64,000 nt of DNA from Thalia democratica (lineage: Eukaryota), in the NCBI GenBank assembly GCA_965202585.1, contig OZ241831.1, forward strand, positions 44,082,001 through 44,146,000, given 5' to 3'. A model generated the notes under the pieces. It was not told the DNA's origin and did not search any database. It saw only the letters and a list, made by a program, of their open reading frames with translations. Each line of letters starts with the position of its first letter. Within the stretch, counting starts at the first letter, position 1. Shown here in pieces: positions 27,001 to 36,764 of the stretch. The position numbers and the translations under genes are program-made.

Positions 27001-28290
27001 CAAGCTAAAGTAATACTTAAATACACATGTGTAATGCTAATCATAAGTATGATTGTATAGAAAAAAAGTAAGAATAACAAAATTACTCTCAAAGCTACAA
27101 CATAATTCTAAAAAAAACTGAATTATTTTATAGTTATACAACTTAAACTATATGAGGGATTTGAAAGAAAGTAAAAAAGTAATTACATATATGAAATATC
27201 ATAAATCAAAAATTTGACAACCGCTTTTAATATTTATTAAAACTTATAAACTTCTTTTAGGACAAACTTAGTTATAAAAAGATACAAATTTTTACATTTG
27301 TATTTTTTACATAAAACAGTGCTAGGTTTTACAGTCTGTGCAAATATTAACATAACTTTTTATACAAAAAATTTCATTAAAATAAAAATCAAAACTTAGA
27401 CTTTTACAACTTGCACTAAGAGTGCGAACAACTACAATTCATAACTAATTTCAAGTAGAAATATTTATTTGCTAATTACACTTGAAATTGTAACGGAGCG
27501 AAACCGTTACAAATTTGAATTTGCACCAAAGTTTGAGTAAATATGTAAACAAGCTTTTTAGAATTTTTATTTGCTCAAATCTTTGCATCAAGATAAGGTA
27601 TTTAAACGCACTTGTAATAACCGTTTTATGTACAAAATTTACGTTTCAATTTTACCGCCTACATAAGTTTAACTTTATAAAACATAACCTTGTAAGATAA
27701 GTAAAGATAAAAGGTTTTTAAAATATATGGTTTTTACGTACAGGAATATTTTAAATTAATAACAAAAAAAAATAAATAAAACATTATACTTTCTTTCTGA
27801 GATTATAATAAAAGAGTTTTATTAATTTCGGTTTATACCGTTACTGTAATTAATTTCTTAATAATAAAAAAAAAAAAAACTGCAGTATTTATTGTAAGCA
27901 AAGTAAAAAAGACTACATAATATTTAATTACAAAACTATTAAACTATAAAAATACAAAACAATAAAGTTTAGCTTCGCTAAACTATAAATCCAATTTTTA
28001 TTTTTTAACAATCTAACCTGCATAGTGTCTTGAAACGCGAACTCCGAAGGTTGAATCACTTGAGAGGCTATCGGCGCGAGTCCTTCCGGTCTCGGGTAGT
28101 CCTTCGCGGACACTTCCGACGGCGACGCCGAAGACACCCTGTCCTCCAGCGACTTGCCCATGGACGAGTTGTTCAGGTGGATCCCCCTCTTGATGAGCTC
28201 GTCCAGGGACTTCTCCGTCCTGGACAGCTCCTCGTCCAGTGAGCTGCCGGATTTGATGGAAGACCTTCTGCTGCTCTTGCTGCTGCTCAT
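1..28290 (-). CDS. CROCC: Rootletin (ciliary rootlet coiled-coil protein, CROCC family), 5' part; gene continues beyond left edge
   Basis: Exons 5'->3': 28018-28290, 21365-21499, 20154-20252, 18822-18875, 16768-16884, 12782-12865, 11612-11739, 8568-8754, 8089-8226, 7669-7803, 7200-7355, 6547-6767, 4384-4540, 3272-3471, 2856-3038, 2394-2538, 2137-2283, 945-1175, 498-691, 1-85. All junctions are phase-compatible (3069 nt, no stop). Motifs match rootletin as I recall it: LEDEQAVYKRKLLAYQEGQHRQQQLVQKLQGK, RAESLAEVNAMLREQL, YFGDEHSRLLALWRAVV, ALRDIAQSVIAD, AVQAALQKRQLQVQ, EEASLRDQVAKMQNLNEGLAQDK. Confidence 0.92.
226..467. mobile_element. Penelope-like hairpin-plus-tail insertion with hammerhead-like motif
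   Basis: Perfect 91-bp inverted repeat (223-313/318-408, 4-nt loop), 59-bp unpaired tail, flanking 13-bp direct repeat TTTTCTAGATTAA (213-225, 468-480). CTGAAGA-GGTC-TTT-GACC-GAAAC core in each arm. The class assignment is inference. Confidence 0.55.
498..691 (-). CDS. CROCC: Rootletin exon (TTRQKAAIEEDL...KEELAKEKANLIVQLTATERENRSLSEEIAGL)
   Basis: AG/GT bounded, 194 nt, phase 0/2. Confidence 0.92.
945..1175 (-). CDS. CROCC: Rootletin exon (MEDKFAALGAAKHDL...DTLGQ)
   Basis: AG/GT bounded, 231 nt. Confidence 0.92.
2137..2283 (-). CDS. CROCC: Rootletin exon (VETTNAEIELALNKLKTEEASLRDQVAKMQNLNEGLAQDKIELYRVIAE)
   Basis: AG/GT bounded, 147 nt. Confidence 0.92.
2394..2538 (-). CDS. CROCC: Rootletin exon (KSAEVTMDGEKSSLREQL...EALAK)
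   Basis: AG/GT bounded, 145 nt, phase 2/0. Confidence 0.9.
2856..3038 (-). CDS. CROCC: Rootletin exon (EKNEMGKERESLQ...KELER)
   Basis: AG/GT bounded, 183 nt, phase 2/2. Confidence 0.9.
3272..3471 (-). CDS. CROCC: Rootletin exon (ELRAKLDAAKD...SAEVVG)
   Basis: AG/GT bounded, 200 nt, phase 0/2. Confidence 0.9.
4384..4540 (-). CDS. CROCC: Rootletin exon (RGYSPIRSPSPGGRRSPRRGRSP...AVQAALQKRQLQVQ)
   Basis: AG/GT bounded, 157 nt, phase 2/0, conserved SP-rich linker plus ALxKRQLQVQ. Confidence 0.92.
4875..5530 (-). CDS. Extra/alternative rootletin exon (MSYRTNKVHG...EACINE), 218 codons, splices in frame to exon 4384-4540
   Basis: GC-rich stop-free ORF inside intron 4541-6546. ATG at 5530. Donor AG|GTTTAC at 4874 has phase 2, matching the next exon. 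Weak in-frame acceptors at 5541-5542 and 5559-5560. Confidence 0.65.
5620..6060 (-). promoter_or_regulatory. GC/CpG-elevated region immediately upstream of the extra rootletin exon (candidate internal promoter)
   Basis: GC-elevated non-coding block, 9-bp hairpin TTCTGTGGC/GCCACAGAA (5839-5861), GGCAGAAAATA twice. Confidence 0.35.
6547..6767 (-). CDS. CROCC: Rootletin exon (ESTRVEEEEED...ALRDIAQSVIADAD...VSP)
   Basis: AG/GT bounded, 221 nt, phase 0/2. Confidence 0.9.
7200..7355 (-). CDS. CROCC: Rootletin exon (VKEMLQMQSDFDTEKAALNAKI...IPQ)
   Basis: AG/GT bounded, 156 nt. Confidence 0.9.
7669..7803 (-). CDS. CROCC: Rootletin exon (RGARQLHAACLNL...DQLREK) with GC donor
   Basis: 135 nt. Ends AAG|GCGTGT and joins in frame to VKEMLQMQ (QLREKV.EM.Q.Q motif). 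Confidence 0.85.
8089..8226 (-). CDS. CROCC: Rootletin exon (NFSTYFGDEHSRLLALWRAVVQIRRGF...DVQ)
   Basis: AG/GT bounded, 138 nt, conserved EHSRLL.LWR motif. Confidence 0.92.
8568..8754 (-). CDS. CROCC: Rootletin exon (AESLAEVNAMLREQL...WKEEQE)
   Basis: AG/GT bounded, 187 nt, phase 2/0. Confidence 0.92.
9480..9730. promoter_or_regulatory. Intronic CpG-rich promoter/enhancer-like island
   Basis: TGACGTCACAA twice (9556-9566, 9611-9621), YY1-like AATGGCGG, ATTGG at 9650-9654. Non-coding and CpG-rich in an AT-rich intron. Confidence 0.5.
11371..11420. repeat. 25-bp perfect tandem duplication
   Basis: TACTTTTAATTTTAAAATCAAAACA x2. Confidence 0.8.
11612..11739 (-). CDS. CROCC: Rootletin exon (MDEKADSFRQRLDSTEARLRRSEAHHTSDIEDALLRLEEERK)
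   Basis: AG/GT bounded, 128 nt, phase 0/2. Confidence 0.9.
12782..12865 (-). CDS. CROCC: Rootletin exon (VLQYKKKCGELEDELSETKEVANRSQAA)
   Basis: AG/GT bounded, 84 nt, LQYKKKC motif. Confidence 0.9.
12985..13055 (+). repeat. Fragment of the same dispersed repeat (tail part)
   Basis: aagaataa...ttctcctctaatagttgagatctct...ttttcttaaaatcaaaacata aligns to 393-462. Confidence 0.6.
13530..13880. promoter_or_regulatory. Intronic CpG-rich promoter/enhancer-like island
   Basis: TTGTGACGTCA (13825-13835), CCAAT at 13594-13598, CpG-rich. Confidence 0.4.
14172..14522. mobile_element. hAT-type MITE, 351 bp
   Basis: TIR CAGGGGTCGGCA...TGCCGACCCCTG, 8-bp TSD TACTAAAA/TACTAGAA. Same family and length as 46171-46521. 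Confidence 0.88.
16768..16884 (-). CDS. CROCC: Rootletin exon (NKILTQRLEDEQAVYKRKLLAYQEGQHRQQQLVQKLQGK)
   Basis: AG/GT bounded, 117 nt, start of the conserved Rootletin domain. Confidence 0.92.
17516..17550 (+). ncRNA. Minimal type I hammerhead ribozyme motif (in a dispersed repeat copy, 17509-17579)
   Basis: GCA-CUGACGA-GGUC(UUU)GACC-GAAAC-UUA-GUU|UGU: all core nucleotides present, 4-bp stem II, 2-bp stem III, NUH=GUU, short helix I. Confidence 0.6.
18822..18875 (-). CDS. CROCC: Rootletin 54-nt exon (QQSTPNTSKMDIRTLSLE)
   Basis: TTTCTAG acceptor, GAG|GTAAGC donor, phase 0/0, open frame joining to NKILTQRLEDEQ. Confidence 0.7.
19240..19560. promoter_or_regulatory. Intronic CpG-elevated island upstream of the 54-nt exon
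   Basis: CpG-rich non-coding block in an AT-rich intron, no ORF. Confidence 0.3.
20154..20252 (-). CDS. CROCC: Rootletin exon (EENRVLADELNRSAEMLKTVKAEKEELEKSLEK)
   Basis: AG/GT bounded, 99 nt, phase 0/0, coiled-coil heptads. Confidence 0.85.
21365..21499 (-). CDS. CROCC: Rootletin exon (DINDSF...GARLREIITDNLSEPPE...NLQ)
   Basis: AG/GT bounded, 135 nt, phase 0/0. LREIITDNLS resembles the CROCC N-terminal motif. Confidence 0.85.
24365..24663. mobile_element. Degenerate hAT-type MITE related to 40139-40523
   Basis: Right end GGGCCGTAGGTTGCCCATCCCTA. The left end is eroded but aligns loosely (..gggccggatat..). Confidence 0.45.
28018..28290 (-). CDS. CROCC: Rootletin exon 1 (Ser-rich N-terminus MSSSKSSRR...QDTMQ)
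   Basis: GC-rich ORF from ATG 28290. Donor CAG|GTTAGA at 28017, phase 0. Acceptor-like TTTTTCCAG at 28306-28307, 15 nt upstream of the ATG. Confidence 0.75.
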
Positions 28291-29199
28291 TGTTAACTAA
28301 AAGGTCTGGAAAAATTCGAGAAATACAAGTTTAAATGAGTTGTATTTTCAATAACTTTTAGCTTTTATTAATAGACAGAAAAAGTATTAAGGTTAAAAAA
28401 ATAAAGAAACAGATAACAAGTATGACCTAGATGATCTTATGAATAAATACAAAATATGTTTTGTCCAATTAAAATTTTATTATTTACAGAATTTTTTTTT
28501 AGTAGCTTAGAATACAAAAAAAAAAGATTTTCAAATGAACAGTGTAGAATTAAACAAAGAAAGACAAGCTGTATTTAAAAAATACTTAGCTTTGAAAGCT
28601 TGGCTCTTATTTAATTTTTTTTGTTTTTGTTTTTTTAAGAAATAAAATTACAAAGTATTGCTATGTTAACAAAACAGTTTATCTAACGACTTTGCTAGTC
28701 TATAAAGTTAGTTTAAAGCTAAATAGTATCATACAAACAAACAAAAATGTTTAAAATAAAACTAGTTTTTTTGTTGATGTATAAGTTAAGGTTAAATTGA
28801 AAACTAATACTCATAAATTTAGAAAAATGTTTAAAAAAATAAAATAAATTGATGAATGTCATCAGCCTTAAATACTTGCCAACAATTATCAAATTTTAAG
28901 TTTAAATATCCTCTAATTTACTTTAACTAAAAACAACTAAGATATAAAAGTTAAAGATAAAAAATAAAACTAACTATCAAAAAATATCCATTAAACATAT
29001 TAACACACACAAGATTAAAATGTTTTAGACAACTTTTAGTTTCTTATTTGAACTAAATAAATAAAGATGAAAGATTATGTATGATGAAGAAAAATAAGTA
29101 TTCTTATTGTTAGAAACAAACGAACTTAAACTTATGCTTGTTTATTGTAACAAAAATCTGTAAAAAAATAAAACAAAAATAAATGCCTGCAAATATTTG

Positions 29200-29400
29200 T
29201 AGCACCGCTCATTAACAGGGTGCTTGAAAGAAGTCCCAGCAAAATCGCCAACAAAAGAAAATACCACCGGCAGTGAATAGAGAAAAAAGCAACGAACAAA
29301 GTAACGCTCTGGTGGTTTCGCACCGGAGAAAAGCGCTTTTTGCGCGTAAAATTTACTATGCGATCATAATCGCTGTGTATTGGGTGTTTAATTTTTAATT
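29200..29400 (-). promoter_or_regulatory. Candidate main rootletin promoter/5' region
   Basis: CpG-elevated block ~1 kb upstream of the first ATG. Position and composition only. Confidence 0.3.
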
Positions 29401-32400
29401 CACTTGTCTGAGCTCGTTAAAACTGTCAACTTGGTTAAATTTTGAGATATTGATTTGAAAGCAAAAGCAGTAATAAAGCATATAAGCATAAAAAAAAGTA
29501 AGTTTTTGCAAAAACATACTTTTTAAACACTATTTTCAACGCTTGGAAAACGCTATCAGCTAATTCAATCGTAAAATAAAAAAAGCAAATTATTTTTTGT
29601 TACTTGATATAATAAGACAATTTGTTTTGTTACACTTTGTACAAAACTTTATGGAATAGTCGAAGCCTACGTTATTTTTTGTCAAAATAAAGCATTTAAA
29701 TAACTTGTAAGCAAAAATAGTACAACTACTTACAATATAAGTAAAACCATAAAGCTTTCAGAGTACTTAAGTACATGTGCACAAAAATGATAGCACACCA
29801 CTTTAGTATTAAACTTATTTAAAATTAACAAACATGGATTGTCTTCTTTTGCGTTAGTGCTATTTAAACAAAATAAAATAAACGAGCATTTATATTATAT
29901 TCATAAAAGTCTTAACATAAAAACTCAATATCAACTTCAGTTTTATTATATAAACTTAGAATTTGAAAATTGCTTAAAAAATTAAAAACATACGAACGAC
30001 AGATAGCGTTTTGTGTTTACATTAGCATGAAGTTTACTAGCGTCTTTCAAGTGTGCCCCTACTTGCCCCAACAAGTCACCTACAAACATTCTAAACACGT
30101 ACAGCTTCCCATACAAGCTTCCTTTGTGTTTACTAATTTGATGTTTTCCTTTTAATTCGCGTCTTTAAAGCAGATTATCTTTTCCCGATCAAATGTGTAA
30201 GCTTGTGTCGGCTTGTTGCATATGGGGTGTTAGTGTGATTAAAATTACTGCATAAGTTTTCATTGTCAACTCAACTATTGGTTTTAAAGCTTACTATTTA
30301 TTATTGCTTACTATTTGCTGTTCGTTTAAAAATATATTTCTATAGAATACATTTTGTAAGCTTAACATTTTTGATTGAAAAAATAAAACTTGGCATTTGT
30401 CTTTGTTGATCTATAATTTGTTCATTAAACTTGAATTTTGTGTCTTACCATTTTTAGTTACGAATGTTCTAAAAAAACTGTTTGTTATTAGTTGTGTAAA
30501 AATTTATTAATTTAAAACTCAAAAAAATAAGTTGAACAATCATTCTAAACTAAAGACCAATTAAGAAGTTTTATAAATAAAGTTAAATAAACTGATCTGC
30601 CGCCTCTACAATATATTTTGTAAAAAAAATCAATACATTAGTTTTCTAGCTACAAAGTATTTCTGACAGCCCTACAATTCTTTAGACCGAGACCTTTTTT
30701 ACACTAAACCAAATATCTTGTACTCAAAAATTTCTTCAAGTAAAAGTTTTGCGGTTTCAGTTTATGTTGCACTCTTAAAACAATTCACAGACAAATCCGT
30801 TATACACCGCACCCAGAAGTAAGACAAGTATTTGTAGTTCAAGTGTCATCGCACTTTCTATGTGGTAGCGTGGTGTCTTTTGTTTCAACAGCGCTTCACT
30901 TTCCATTCAAACAAGATTGGAAATGACTTCAAAACTCGAAAACACATTTGCCTACTGTTTGTTTATTACATTTGCATTTTGTTGTTTTGAGTTCGAATAC
31001 TAAACATGTTTGACACGATTCATATCAACTATTTAGTGACCTATTTTTTTATTTTTTGCTTGATTTAAGAAAAAAAAATCATAAACAAAAATTTGTTGTA
31101 TTTCGTATTGTACTTATAAGTGTGACAAACCTACTTAACCAATTTTTAGGTTTGTGACACTTTAAAACGACTTTCTTTACAGCGAAGTAGTAAATGAATG
31201 GCTTAAGATATTCAAATTTTAAGTATTCATACTTTTCTGTTCAAAAATATTTTACAGAAACATTAGCTAAGAAAAATAAAGCTGTTAATGAAAATTGTAT
31301 TGTATTTTGTTATACGAAACATTATGCATTTAAAACTTTATTGAATTCATATAAGCTTTCTGAAAGCGATAACATGATTCCTAAAAACCAATGAAGCTTT
31401 GTAGTTAAATCATTTCTCTTCTAAATAAATTGTATGACTTGTAGAAATACGGTTATCGAATGCTGTTTTCTATACATCTGTTTTTATATCTTTTGTATTT
31501 TTCATTTATTTCATTTATATCTAGTTTTTTCATAAAAAAAATTGACAAAAAGTTTAAGAGTTTTGTTTGATAGATTCAAGCAAAACTAAAGATAATATTG
31601 CTTTGCCTTAAAAATAATTTTATTGCTTGTCAATGACAGAGACTAAAGTTCTTTTTTCTCAGCTGACTAAAACCTGAGCTCACTGCATGGCCGTATATTA
31701 TCACTAATAGTTATAATCAATACTGTTATCGAGTATACGAGAGGTTGCTTTTTTAAAACTAAGAAGCAACGTTTCTCATTTTAAGCTTATAAGCATTTTC
31801 AAAACTGAAAAACTTGAAGAGACTAGTTTATTATAAATTAAAACAATTTTTAGTAACTAGCAATTGAGTTTAGTGTAAAAGCTTCAGTATAATAAAGTTT
31901 AATTAAATTTAGGGTAAGCAAATTGCGGCCCGCGAAGCAAAAGTTTGCGAAGTGTGACGTACTTTTTAGATAAAGTCATACCATTTGAAATTTTACAAAT
32001 AAATTTTGTGGTAATAGCTTAAACATAAGCTTCTAATTTAAAACATCAAAAACTAAAAGTGCTTTGTTATTGCTTACTATTTGCTGTTTGTTTTAAAATA
32101 TATTTTTATACTTATTACTACTGTTATCTTATGATCGTTATACCACTTGCAGACTTTATTATGAACAATGCGGTCTGCGAATTTATTATAAGCAATAAAA
32201 CTTAAAAAGAAAGTTAGCCAGTAAATTGAAATTGACTGTCGGCCCTTAAACTATATAAGCTATAAAACTTTTATAGAAATAACTTGTTAGTATTTAGTTT
32301 AACAAGTGCTTTTGGTGATTAAATGAAACTTAAAAAGATAAAAAAACAAGTTAATCGTGTAAAATAATTGAAAATATGTTAAATATTAGAATAAGTATAC

Positions 32401-32834
32401 AAACAAGTTTTTAAGATCAATTTTTTTCTATAGTTTGTAAAACAGATATAGACGTAAAATACTTAAAAGTATGTATCTTAAAACTGAAATTTTTTTCAAA
32501 CTGTTTTCGATTACTTTAAAATATATCTTTTCATAATTTTACTTTAAGCAGTGATAAACTGATTAAGCGAAGTACTGTTTGCGCAATGAGTTTGGGAAAA
32601 AAATAAGTTGTATATTAAAACTAACAGTAAAGTTGTCATGTTTAGTTAAATAAATGGTATACTATGATAATTATTGTTTTGTTTTAAGCTTAATTGTTTA
32701 TTTTTGATATAATTTTAATTACAAAAATTAAGTCTTATAAACTTTATCGTATTACTAACAAAAAATTGTAGACGTTAGATGAGATTAAAAAGTGTTTTAT
32801 TGTTTTCAATAACATGTTACATCACACAATTAAT

Positions 32835-33583
32835 TTATTCATAATCAAAAAAGAATCCTTTGGCAACATTAGCTGAATCAGATTTGAAAGTCAAGTAGAT
32901 CCAGTTAGATGAAGCTTCAAAGTGGTAACGTTGGTTGTATGTATCGAAAATATTGGCAATTTGAGCATCTGACTCTGAATCTCCGTCAAATACCTACAAA
33001 ATAAGTATTGTTTTTTTTTTTTGAAAATTTTTATTGAGGCTTATTTTGTTTTGAAGTTTTGGTATTGCAAATCAATTACTAATATTTAATAAACTATGTT
33101 TTTTAAGTTTACTTTTTATAATAAGCATTGCAAGTAAAAATCTTAAGTAAAGTATTTTTACAGAAAAAACCATCTCTATTCAATATTTAATTTAAATTGT
33201 AAACAAACATACTTGCAAATAATCGTTGCTTTCGATTCCGTCAACATTCAAGTCGATTATGACTGGACTTCCGTCTTCAGCGTGTACAAGCCAGTTGCAA
33301 TCGAGGTAATTGTCGTAGTTTTCAGGATAATTTGGTGAGAACATTCTTCCACTGTCGTGCAAATGGTATCCACTGCAAGCTGCATACAAACTCATCAGTC
33401 TTCCTTCCTTTGTAACGGTACGAACCACTGGAAAAACAAGTTAAATAATTTATATCAGAACAGATATTGACAAATGTAAGATAAATTCTAATATGAACGA
33501 TCATACTTACTTTTAGTTTGTGGAGAAGCCATAGTTGCTGAGATGACAGCGAAAGCCAAAGTAACGAAGAAAACAAGTTTCAT
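32835..33583 (-). CDS. Secreted single-CUB-domain protein, copy 1 (148 aa)
   Basis: Exons 33511-33583, 33213-33427, 32835-32993. Signal peptide MKLVFFVTLAFAVISATMA. CUB motifs CSG...SGRMFSPNYPENY...DCNWLV...DYLQVFDG...LTFKSD...KGFFFDY. Confidence 0.92.
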
Positions 33584-33884
33584 TTTGATAAATTTGTCTA
33601 TAAAATTTTATTGTTTACATATGTTTACTTTTTAACATGAATAGTAAAGCTCAAAAAATATAAATTAAATAAATGTTACTTTAAGTACTATTGCTCAATA
33701 ACTTGTTTCATTTAACAAAAAAAAAGGTTCATTTTACTACAAATAATTGTTTTATCAGTCTTTAATAAAGTTTAATAAAATAAACTTAAGTTAAGGCTTT
33801 AAAGTTTTCAAACTTGTTATAAACCATTAAATTTCTAATTAGCTGTAGTGAGCTAGTTATGGTTGTTTTGTACAAACACGCGTC

Positions 33885-33972
33885 TTATATATATTACTTG
33901 TATCATGTGTGAAATTTGCAATATGGTTAGTATGAAATGGTTGCAACACATTTCAAACCAATTGCTTAATTT
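33885..33972 (-). promoter_or_regulatory. CUB proximal promoter module + TATA (copy 1; paralogs ~42064-42150, ~50346-50430)
   Basis: Reverse complement of 33919-33946 is 26/28 identical to 35823-35850. TATATAA lies downstream on the minus strand. Confidence 0.6.
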
Positions 33973-35795
33973 TATAGAGTTATGAAACAGTTTTTCTATA
34001 AGAAATCATTTTAAATATTAAAAGTAATTTGTTATACGAACCTTTTTAGATTAAGTAAAAAACGTTTTAAGTTTCTAGCTTGCTAGTTCAATAACAATGA
34101 TTTAATTGAAAACGGTTGAATCTATTGTGTTCAACATGTGTTCAGCATGTGTCTGTTAGGCTGTAAAATATTAAAAACAACCTTTTTTAATTTTGTAGTA
34201 CTTATTTATTCACAACGAAAACTCATGTTAAGTTAGTATTACAACAGTTAAAAATAATTAAAATTATAAAATGCTCAAAGTTGTTTTTCATAAAGTAAAA
34301 GTTTAAGGTAGGATAACCTTAAAAGTTTGGTTTATTTTTATTTTAAATGAATACAATAAACCTGCAAAAAAAATTAAAAGTGTTGTAAAGACTTTTAAAT
34401 TTTCTATCAACGAACTAACTTAAACAACTGAATTATCAGAATAAACCTTTAATATTTTTTGTTTCTATTTCTTTTTTCTGACAAGTACGTGTGTATAGTC
34501 AAGTAATTTGAATTATATACAGTCTAGTGTCTATAATAAAACACAAAAACCTCAGCTTTGTATATCTTGTGCTTAACTGATTTTGAAATATAACATGAAA
34601 TCAATTATCATATTTTTCAACTAGAACTTTTGTTACAAAAAACAAAGTGTTATTGAATGTGTTGTAAGGTTTTTGTGTCATAAAAAGAAAAGTACTTTAT
34701 TTCTTTTTTCAATACAAACAAAATACTTACCGGTAAAAATTATAACTTAAGAAACTTAGCAACCCTAGATTGATGTTAGTCATGTGAGTTTTACATGCTT
34801 ATTTAAGTTGACAAACTTGTATGAAAAAGATTTAGTCTCGTCTAAAAATACTTTAAAACTATTACCTATTATATTTTAGCTTTAAGTTCTAAATTTACTT
34901 GGTGGGTTTAATTGTATGTAGTTGTAGTTTAAAATCTTTAATAGAGTTACGTGTACGAACAATTATACTGTCATGAGCATCTTAGTATCTTAGTAATCTT
35001 TCTAAGTTTTCAATTCTAATGTCATACATTCAATCGGTTTACAAAATTAACACAATTTTGAAACATTTAACTGTTATTATGTAAATCATAGTGGTTTTGA
35101 AAAGAGGTTCTTTCTGCTAATTAAAAAAAAAACGTTTAAGTCCAAATTGTACTAACCACTTTTAAAGTTTTTCTGATCCCAGAAATGATAACTTTGAATA
35201 ATACTTTATGTTCGTAACACCAATCAATTAACAAGTTTGTTTGTTGAACGTATTTTATGAAAAAAAAAGTTATTACTGAAAAAGGATTTTACTTATAACA
35301 AACTGATTAGATAACCTTTGATATCTTCTAATATTAAACTAAAATCAAGAGAATTATAAACAAAACTAAATACTTTTATTAGTAAAGCTTAACCATTTAC
35401 AAAACTAAGACTTTGTTTTGCGTTATGATAAGTGAAGCTTAGAACAAAGCTTAATTAAAGTTTAGGAGTTACTAGTGTTAAAAACATGTTTTACTTATTG
35501 ATTCCTATGTACTAATGTTATGGAAGTTAACATGAAGTTTAGAATCAAACTAATTTAATTGAGTGTTTATTTTATATTCTTGTTTATAAACTGAACACTC
35601 GAATACCTTAAAAAAATGATAATAAAAACAGAATTAAAATAATTGTTAATTATTTTTTCATACTATTATCGTTTTCAAACGGTATTAAAAAAACATGTGT
35701 TCATCAGGTCAATATTGCTCTAAAAATACCATTAGAACAAACAACTTAAAGCTTTTAGTAATTACTGGTCGCATTATTTACAATAATACGTGTTG

Positions 35796-35886
35796 AAATT
35801 AAGCAACTGGTGTTTACGTGTTTTGCAACCATTTCTTAGTAACCATATTGTAGTTTTCACATTATGTTGAAAAGCGGTATATATAA
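35796..35886 (+). promoter_or_regulatory. CUB proximal promoter module + TATA (copy 2; paralogs ~43965-44054, ~52939-53030)
   Basis: TTGCAACCATTTCTTAGTAACCATATTG followed by TATATATAA at 35878-35886, ~165 bp upstream of the ATG. Confidence 0.6.
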
Positions 35887-36048
35887 CCATCATCGTAAGT
35901 TAAGTTTACACTTTATTGTTTAATACCATTAAACTTTATCTAGGTATAAATCAAACAAGGTTTTGAGTAGTAGTACCTAAAGTACATTCAAACTCAACAT
36001 AAACTAAGTATATGAAACAATAAAATTTTATAGACAAATCTATTAAAA

Positions 36049-36764
36049 ATGAAACTTGTTTTCTTCGTTACTTTGGCTTTAGCTGTTCTCTCAGCAACTA
36101 TGGTTTCTCCGCAAACTAAAAGTAAGTTTAATAGTTGATATTAACATTTATCTTACATTTGTCAATATATGTTCTTTGATATAATACTTAACATGTTTTT
36201 CCAGTGGTTCGCACCGTTACAAAGGAAGGAAGATTGATGAGTTTGTATGCAGCTTGCAGTGGATATCACTTGCACGACAGTGGAAGAATGTTCTCACCAA
36301 ATTATCCTGAAAACTACGACAATTACCTCGATTGCAACTGGCTTGTACACGCTGAAGACGGAAGTCCAGTCATAATCGACTTGAACGTTGACGGAATTGA
36401 AAGCAACGATTATTTGCAAGTATGTTTGTTTGCAATTTAAATTAAATATTGAATAGAAATAGGGTTTCCACATATATTTCTTTTTTAAACATTTTAGTTG
36501 AAATTTCTAACAAAAACTAACAACGTTTTGAAAATAAGACTGCGCTATTAAACCCTTAAAATCAAATTAGTTTGAATATATAGATAAAAATTCTTTATTT
36601 TGTAGGTATTTGACGGAGATTCAGAGTCAGATGCTCAAATTGCCAATATTTTCGATACATACAACCAACGTTACCACTTTGAAGCTTCATCTAACTGGAT
36701 CTACTTGACTTTCAAATCTGATTCAGCTAATGTTGCCAAGGGATTCTATTTTGATTATGAATAG
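36049..36764 (+). CDS. Secreted single-CUB-domain protein, copy 2 (148 aa)
   Basis: Exons 36049-36121, 36205-36419, 36606-36764, GT-AG introns, TAG stop. Confidence 0.92.

Noticed and set aside
30301-32105. 39-bp near-identical repeat at 30301-30339 and 32067-32105, and an hAT-like end at ~31910-31950
   Set aside because: Too short or eroded to define an element, with no matching second TIR or TSD.
33192-33428. ORF-track starts 'MVRTVTK' for CUB copies
   Set aside because: The track uses the GTG at the acceptor. The real frame begins at the signal-peptide exon, the Met codon is split A|TG by intron 1, and the C-terminal 'VCLFAI' is intron read-through.
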